NCBI GenBank assembly: GCA_033764015.1
Contig: JANRJK010000013.1
Location: forward strand, 96,001-160,000
Direction of reading: 5' to 3'
Length of the DNA: 64,000 nucleotides
Source of the DNA: Candidatus Sumerlaeia bacterium
GTDB taxonomy: Bacteria > Sumerlaeota > Sumerlaeia > SLMS01 > JANRJK01
Positions 59,201 to 64,000 of the stretch are shown piece after piece. A model generated the notes under the pieces. The model saw only the letters and a list, made by a program, of their open reading frames with translations. It searched no databases and was not told the origin of the DNA. Made by a program: the position numbers and the translations under genes. Each line of letters starts with the position of its first letter. Positions within the stretch are counted from its first letter, which is position 1.

Positions 59201-60305
59201 CTTCCGCGAGGGCGACTCCGAGTCGGGCATCTCGCTGCTGCAGGAGGCGGCCACGCTCGATCCCAACGACGTCCCGCTGCGGCGCAAGCTAGTGGACCGT
59301 CTGAAGAAGTCGGGGCGGGCGGAGGAGGCGGCGGAGGAGCTGCTGCCGATCGCGGAGGCGTACCTGGAGCGTTCGGAGGCGAACGAGGCGCTGAAGGCGC
59401 TGGACGAGCTGCTGGCGATCCAGCCGGACAACCTGCGGGCGCGGCGCCTCCGGGCGGAAACCTACATGGCGCGCGGCGACGACAAGCTCGCGCTCGCCGA
59501 GTTCCGCCAAATGACGCCGTTCCTCGACCGCGTGGGGGCGGGCGCGGCGGAGCTGCTGCCGCCGGCGCTCGAGATCATGCCGGAGTACACCTTCGAGAGC
59601 TTCGTCGTGGGCACGCGCAACAACTTCGCGCACGCCACCATGCGGGCCGTCGCCAAGTCCCCCGGCACCGCTTACAACCCCGTGTTCCTCTACTCCGACG
59701 TCGGCCTCGGCAAGACGCACCTGCTGCACGCGGCGGCGAACGCGATCCTCGAGACGAACCCGCGCGCGCGGATCACCTACACCAACGTAGAGGATTTCAC
59801 CGCGGAGCTGGTCGCGGCGATCGAGTCGAACACCGTCGCCGCCTTCCGCGCGAAGCACAAGAACGTGGACCTGCTGCTACTGGACGACGTGCAGTTCCTC
59901 TCCGGCAAGGAGCGCAGCCAGGAGGAGCTGTTCCACATTTTCAACACGCTCTTCCAGGCGAAGCGCCAGATCGTGGTCACCTCGGACCGCCCGCCGAAGG
60001 ACCTGACGCACCTCGAGAAGCGGCTGAAGTCGCGCTTCGGCGCCGGCGTCGTGGTGGACATCCAGTCGCCGGACCAGGAGACCCGCATCGCGATCCTGCA
60101 CCGCGAGCTGCAGACGAAGCATTCCGAGCTGAGGATGCCGTCGGAGCTGGTGCGCCTGCTCTCGAAGCGCATCGAGTCGAACGTCCGCGAGCTGAAGGGC
60201 GCCCTGAACCAGATCGCGCTGGCGCACTCGCTCGGCGGGCAGGCGCTGACGGAGGAACTCGTCAACCAGACGGTGGACCGCCTCTTCGAGGCGCAGGCCA
60301 CCTGA
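56217..60305 (+). CDS. CHC2 zinc finger - TPR - DnaA-type AAA+ fusion protein without DnaA domain IV
   Basis: N-terminal CPAH..CEEAGC; central TPR-like repeats; C-terminal YTFESFVVG..YNPVFLY..GLGKTHLLH, LLLDDVQFL.GKERSQEE, TSDRPP, RLKSRF and NVRELKGA. Confidence 0.88.
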   Translation: MKTSYSPDTIAKVSKALDPQDVIEFVDYRPEMMQRAGTTIRCACPAHKEEGSTRSLEVDLATKACKCEEAGCPASFGCDLVTLYALATGKSFDTALETLAEEFGIHIAKGDSKESVDDLRKVAMEALGRAQSDDRNRVSHLDDAERSLRKLQALNPDDPEILAGLFEVEKDRANLLELGNVTEKLYAQLTVRGDAERASRYFAEYLEANPFDVRLRRKVAELFLQQGRREEAVQLLMAACDSAEQAQQYDAALEMYHRIETVGGDVVDVHPMIVQLLTQLGRKQDAAKQIVRRAAKLRDGGNLVGAAETLLEVLELEPPNTVVRLEAIKLLAASGLSEESTQRCLALADEMLERNDPRRYLEVLRLLAQKLPDHIGLLERLTFAERQHGELRRAAELEMRLAFLYEEAGIYEKALLLLDSLLSEFPQSVEIMRLVFTLHVKEGDEEAAQVMLERALATARELGNDDAEFSVLEKAAELLPESAENAAELFDFLRAKGGPERLAQTVHAHIERFRKAENMPGLLGALETAGRLEPREPRHDLELADLRTAFGDPEGAAAARLHGVEKLLALDRVDMAEAQLAAVLEENPSHLAALRLRAQLLDRQGKRAEARAVLLRLVDALIAGKSFDEAQEVLARVTESGGSDLATLQRVIDLASEREDEETYCKHARMIVEIHKTAGDAEAALKQGELILTLRPEDPPTLKLLAEVHAKAGDAQRSADALRRRAFALRRGTDRDEERRAIEALLAQAPKDREALERLTALLYEAGDTAAASKRLDELAAASSESDLENSLRDLVIRHQDDVALHARLIAVLRKGGDRSSLATALLSLVQVHERAERWREALALYRDVLQVSPDSVVARMSMVECLKRIGDRTGAIDALVGLAELHARQGNLEEASARFDDAIRQEVLLERTYRAKAQMLRNAGRAEAAGDAFMQYAEALLAADRRADAVKAMRNAVEMDPTNRELRSRLVTALTESGNAGEAVKELSNMADALFREGDSESGISLLQEAATLDPNDVPLRRKLVDRLKKSGRAEEAAEELLPIAEAYLERSEANEALKALDELLAIQPDNLRARRLRAETYMARGDDKLALAEFRQMTPFLDRVGAGAAELLPPALEIMPEYTFESFVVGTRNNFAHATMRAVAKSPGTAYNPVFLYSDVGLGKTHLLHAAANAILETNPRARITYTNVEDFTAELVAAIESNTVAAFRAKHKNVDLLLLDDVQFLSGKERSQEELFHIFNTLFQAKRQIVVTSDRPPKDLTHLEKRLKSRFGAGVVVDIQSPDQETRIAILHRELQTKHSELRMPSELVRLLSKRIESNVRELKGALNQIALAHSLGGQALTEELVNQTVDRLFEAQAT

Positions 60306-60323
60306 GCGGGCGGAGGCGCCACG

Positions 60324-60785
60324 GTGGAGGTCCGCGACCTGCTGGAGCTCTTCATCGGCACGGTGCTCCTCGCCGCGCTGTTCCTCTCCTATGGCGCCTA
60401 CCGGAAGCTGCGCGGCGCGCGTCCGAAATCCGACCAGCTCATGTTCAACCTCGGGATGACGGCGGAGGAGCTGGAGAAGCTGGTGGCGAGCGGCGGGCTC
60501 ACGGACGAGGAGCGGCAGGCGATCCTCGCGCGCCGCAAGGAGCGCTTGAAGGCGGCGGTCGCCGCGCCCGCGGCGATGCCCCCGAGGGCCGGGGAGCCTC
60601 CGGACGCGCCGCCGCGCGAGAAGCTCGGGTACCCGCAATCGAAGCGCGGCGTCGATGCGCTGCCCGCGGAACTGCGTCCGCTGGCGAAGCTGGATCCCAT
60701 GCAGCTCGAGGACCTGCGTTCCGCCGGGATGGTGTCGAAGGCGGAGCTGGAGCTGGTCGAACGCGCGAAGGCGGGGCAGTTGTGA
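60324..60785 (+). CDS. Membrane-anchored protein with two SHOCT-like motifs
   Basis: GGAGG RBS with GTG start; N-terminal TM helix; LEKLVASGGLTDEE and LEDLRSAGMVSKAELE. Confidence 0.6.
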   Translation: MEVRDLLELFIGTVLLAALFLSYGAYRKLRGARPKSDQLMFNLGMTAEELEKLVASGGLTDEERQAILARRKERLKAAVAAPAAMPPRAGEPPDAPPREKLGYPQSKRGVDALPAELRPLAKLDPMQLEDLRSAGMVSKAELELVERAKAGQL

Positions 60786-62845
60786 GGCGGCTCTTGATGG
60801 CCGGGGCGCTGGCGCTGCTCGCCGCCGCGTCGCCGGCGCAGCTTCCGCTGGAGACGCCGGAGCAGTCGCTGGACCGCCTGACGGCGCGTTCGCTGCGCGC
60901 GGCGATCGACGGCGACGCGGAGGCGGCGCGGCGGACCGCGCTGGAGGTGGTCGCGAGCGAGTCGATCTTCCGGGACCGCGGGTTCGATGTGCGGCGCGTG
61001 AGCGGCAGCGCGGCGGCGCTCGCCTCGGTGATGCGGGCTCCCACGCTGCGCCAGCTCGACGCCGACCTCGAGGACTTCCCCCGCACGGAGACGGTTCGCG
61101 TGCTGCGGCGCCAGCTGCGCACGGTGGAGCCGCGGCAGCGCTTCCTGGAAGCGCAGGGCGACCGGCGCTACGAGCGCTTCCGCCGCATCTACAACGGCGT
61201 GGTGACGCCTCTGGCGAACGTGCTCGCGGGGCAGTTCCTCGATCTGCTGGCGCTGCCCCTGGAGGGCGCGGAGGCGCTGGTGGTCGGCCAGCCCTACGCG
61301 ACGCCGGAGGAGCGGCGCGAGCTGCACCGCGCGCGGGAAGCGCTGACCCGGATGGAGTCCGGCGACCGGGTCGCGGCGCGGGCGGAGCAGGCGGTGGAGC
61401 GGTTGGAGGAGCGGCGCGCGCGGCTGGCGCGGCTACAGGCGCGGCACAACGCGGCGCTCGCGCTGGAAGCGGACGACCCCCGCGCGGCGGCATGGTGGTA
61501 CGAAAGAGAGCAGCTGCTCGCGGGCGAGGCGGAGCCCTTCCGCGGAGCGCACCGGGAGGTGCTGGCGGACCTCCGCGGCGCCGCGGCCGCGCGCGAGCTG
61601 TCCCTCGAGGTGGCCGACGGCGAGCGCGCGCTCGCGGAGCCGCTGCTGCAGGAGGAGGTGGGAAGCCTCCTGCGCACCGTCCTCGCGGATCCAACCGCGC
61701 CGGACCTGGTGATCCAGACCCGTTCGCTCGACCGCAACGAACCGGGGTCGGGGCTGTCGGAGACCTTCGCGGCGGTGGAGGCGATGGTCGCGATGCGGAA
61801 CGGCCAGGACGCCTACGCGCGGGCGCAGCTCGAGTCGATCGCCGGACGCCCGGGCCTCTGGGGGCGCGCCGCGGAGAGCCTCCGCGACCGCACCAGCTTT
61901 TATCCCGCGGAGGCGGTCGACCGCGCGCGCGCCGCTTCCCGCGCGGGATTCTGGTCCTTCATCCGCACCGGCAACGTGCCGATCCAGGATCCTGGCGCGG
62001 CGCTGCCGGAGGAGGCGCGCCTCGACCGCCGCCGGTGGGTGGACGGCGTCCGGTCCTTCTTCGTGCTCGATATGGTTTCGCGGCTGCTCCTGTCGCCGCT
62101 GCTCCCGCCGCCGCCGGCGCAGGAGCTGGCGGACGCGATCAACGAGGCGCCCGCATGGTGGCTGGAGACGGACGAGGGGCGCCGGGCGCAGCGGCGCGCC
62201 GCGGGCACGCTGGCGGAGCGGCGCCGCTTCGACGACGCGAAGGCGCTCTACCTCGCGGCGGGGGAGCCGGTGGCGGCGGTGCGCATGGACCGGCGCGCCG
62301 CGCGGGCCCTCGAACGCCGCGCGGAGGACGCCCCGACCCCGCAGCGCCGCGCGGAGCTGTACCGCCGGCTCCTCGCCGCGCACCCCGACTACGTCCGCCG
62401 CGACCGCGCGGAGGCCGCGCTCGCGCGCGCGGAGATCGACGCGGACGCGGTGCTCGCCGTGCCGCGGGACCTGCTGCTCGCGGATCCCGCCTACGCGTTC
62501 GAGCGCGGTCTCAACATCCCGCGGGAGCTCCTCGACGGCTCGAAGGCGAACGGCGAGATCGACCGCGACGGCGTCCGGATCCTCCGCGGCGGCGGGATGT
62601 CGTACCGCGACCGCGGCACGGGCGTGCTGATGGAGCTCCCGCTGGCGCCGGAGCAGGCGGCCTACGGCGTGGCGCTGGCCGCGCCCGCGCTCCGCGCCGC
62701 CCAGGTGGGCGAGGAGGCGCGCAAGCCGCTGCCGCGCCGGCGCATCCCGCTCGCGGTCGAGGGCGGAGCCGTTCCCGGGTTCGACTTCGGTCCCGGCCTC
62801 GTGCCGCTCAAGCCCGACCCGGAGCTGCGCCGCCTCTATGAATAA
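60782..62845 (+). CDS. Secreted alpha-helical/TPR-like hypothetical protein
   Basis: GTGA overlap with the upstream stop; signal peptide ending AAASPA-Q; Ala/Arg/Glu-rich helical sequence. Confidence 0.65.
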   Translation: MRRLLMAGALALLAAASPAQLPLETPEQSLDRLTARSLRAAIDGDAEAARRTALEVVASESIFRDRGFDVRRVSGSAAALASVMRAPTLRQLDADLEDFPRTETVRVLRRQLRTVEPRQRFLEAQGDRRYERFRRIYNGVVTPLANVLAGQFLDLLALPLEGAEALVVGQPYATPEERRELHRAREALTRMESGDRVAARAEQAVERLEERRARLARLQARHNAALALEADDPRAAAWWYEREQLLAGEAEPFRGAHREVLADLRGAAAARELSLEVADGERALAEPLLQEEVGSLLRTVLADPTAPDLVIQTRSLDRNEPGSGLSETFAAVEAMVAMRNGQDAYARAQLESIAGRPGLWGRAAESLRDRTSFYPAEAVDRARAASRAGFWSFIRTGNVPIQDPGAALPEEARLDRRRWVDGVRSFFVLDMVSRLLLSPLLPPPPAQELADAINEAPAWWLETDEGRRAQRRAAGTLAERRRFDDAKALYLAAGEPVAAVRMDRRAARALERRAEDAPTPQRRAELYRRLLAAHPDYVRRDRAEAALARAEIDADAVLAVPRDLLLADPAYAFERGLNIPRELLDGSKANGEIDRDGVRILRGGGMSYRDRGTGVLMELPLAPEQAAYGVALAAPALRAAQVGEEARKPLPRRRIPLAVEGGAVPGFDFGPGLVPLKPDPELRRLYE

Positions 62846-63530
62846 GCAACGCTGGCGCGCCGCCAAGTTCTGGCTACTCGAACGCATCGTCCTCCCGGTG
62901 GCGGTGGTTCCGATCAAGCTTTGGGTGCGGAGCTGGCCCCGGAAGCACGGCCCGCCGGAGGAGCTGCGCGTCTACGGCGCGACGCCGAACATGGTGATCG
63001 CGACGTACCACGGGATGCTGCTGCATCTGCTGCGGTTCGCGCCGCTGATCGAGGACCACGGGCGGCGGCTGGTGGTGATGACGAGCCCGAGCAAGGACGG
63101 CAAGCTGCTCGCGCGGCTACTGGGGCTGCTCGGCGTGGACCACGTCGAAGGTTCCAGCCGCAGCCGCAGCGTGGCCGGTTCGATCGAGTTCGTGAAGGCG
63201 GTGCGGGGCGGAAAGATCGGGCTGATCGCCGTGGACGGCCCGCGCGGCCCGGTCGCGGTGGCGAAGCCCGGCATCGTGCGCCTCGCCGCGCAGGTGCCGG
63301 GGCCGATCCTGCTTGTCGCGACCACCGGCGGGCCCGGCATCCGGTTCCGCTCCTGGGACCGCGCTCACCTGCCCTGGCCGTTCGCTGGCGTGGAGATGGC
63401 CACGGAGTTGTTCGAGCGCGCGGAGGACGAGCCGGACGACGCGGCGCTGGCCCGGATGCAGGCTCGGCTCTTCGCGCTGTCGCGCCGCATCGCGAGCCCG
63501 GTGCTCCCGCCGGAGGAGCCCGCGCCATGA
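62838..63530 (+). CDS. DUF374 / lysophospholipid acyltransferase family protein
   Basis: YHG, SPSKDG, GSSRSR, AVDGPRGP and SWDRAHLPWPF. Confidence 0.85.
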   Translation: MNKQRWRAAKFWLLERIVLPVAVVPIKLWVRSWPRKHGPPEELRVYGATPNMVIATYHGMLLHLLRFAPLIEDHGRRLVVMTSPSKDGKLLARLLGLLGVDHVEGSSRSRSVAGSIEFVKAVRGGKIGLIAVDGPRGPVAVAKPGIVRLAAQVPGPILLVATTGGPGIRFRSWDRAHLPWPFAGVEMATELFERAEDEPDDAALARMQARLFALSRRIASPVLPPEEPAP

Positions 63531-64000
63531 CGCTGCGCATCATCGGCGGCTGCCGCCGCGGCGCGCACCTGCACTCCCCGCCGGGAATGGACACCCGCCC
63601 GCTGCGCGACCGCGTGCGCGAGTCGCTCTTCAACATCCTGGCGCCGCGGCTCAGCGGCGCGGTGGTGCTCGACGCGTTCGCGGGAAGCGGCGCCGTGGGC
63701 CTCGAAGCGGTCAGCCGCGGCGCCGCGCACGCGGTGCTGGTGGACTCCGGCGCGGATGCCGCCGAGACGATCCGCCGCAACATCGCGAAGCTGCGTTTCG
63801 AGGACCGCGCGGCGGTCCTGCGCGGCGCGGTGCCGGAGGCGCTTGCGAAGCTTCCGCGCACGCCGGGCGCGTTCGACCTGCTGTTCCTGATGCCGCCCTA
63901 CCACAGCGCGCTTTCGGACCCCGTGCTCGCCAGCGCGCACCTCGCCCCGCGCCTCGCGGCGACCGCGCTGGCGGTCGTGGAAGTGCACCGCGACGAACCC
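63527..64000 (+). CDS. rsmD: 16S rRNA (guanine(966)-N2)-methyltransferase, 3'-truncated by window edge
   Basis: Not in the ORF track; my translation gives MTLRIIGG..DTRPLRDRVRESLFNIL..VLDAFAGSGAVGLEAVSRGA..FLMPPY. Confidence 0.9.
   Translation, partial: MTLRIIGGCRRGAHLHSPPGMDTRPLRDRVRESLFNILAPRLSGAVVLDAFAGSGAVGLEAVSRGAAHAVLVDSGADAAETIRRNIAKLRFEDRAAVLRGAVPEALAKLPRTPGAFDLLFLMPPYHSALSDPVLASAHLAPRLAATALAVVEVHRDEP

Noticed and set aside
56217..60305. Calling this gene canonical dnaA, or the region oriC
   Set aside because: It has no domain I or domain IV, no dnaN/recF/gyrB neighbours, and no TTATCCACA boxes or AT-rich unwinding element in the flanking intergenic DNA.

Overview
A gene-dense, very GC-rich (about 70% by eye) bacterial chromosomal segment. 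I found no rRNA, tRNA, CRISPR array, prophage or IS element. Two pseudopilin-like genes, one with the 'LEAQxRSKVSRAKADLRS' signature, point tentatively to Candidatus Sumerlaeota (BRC1) or a relative; this is inference only. About 55 CDSs are present. They include a surface-polysaccharide cluster (wzx, pyruvyl transferase, two GT4), tgt, tsaB, a folK-tsaE fusion, a lipoprotein pullulanase, aspA/fumC, glgC, gmk, coaBC, recD2, an Mla/Pqi ABC operon, hupE/ureJ, a secreted endonuclease I, rnhB, lexA, asnS, rlmN, rsmD and several secreted repeat proteins. The strongest finding is a 1362-aa protein (56217-60305) that joins a DnaG-primase-type CHC2 zinc finger, about 1000 aa of TPR-like helices and an intact DnaA AAA+ domain lacking the DNA-binding domain IV. 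It heads an apparent operon with a SHOCT membrane protein and a secreted helical protein. The second is a dispersed 13-bp palindrome, TTGAC-N3-GTCAA, with four perfect copies and one near copy. Most copies lie inside unrelated genes and force rare codons, resembling matS-like chromosome-organisation sites. Other oddities are a Tat-exported Rieske-fold protein missing its cluster ligands and a candidate CTTC-N7-CTTC LexA box. Start codons were chosen by eye, and all family calls rest on motif recognition rather than database searches.
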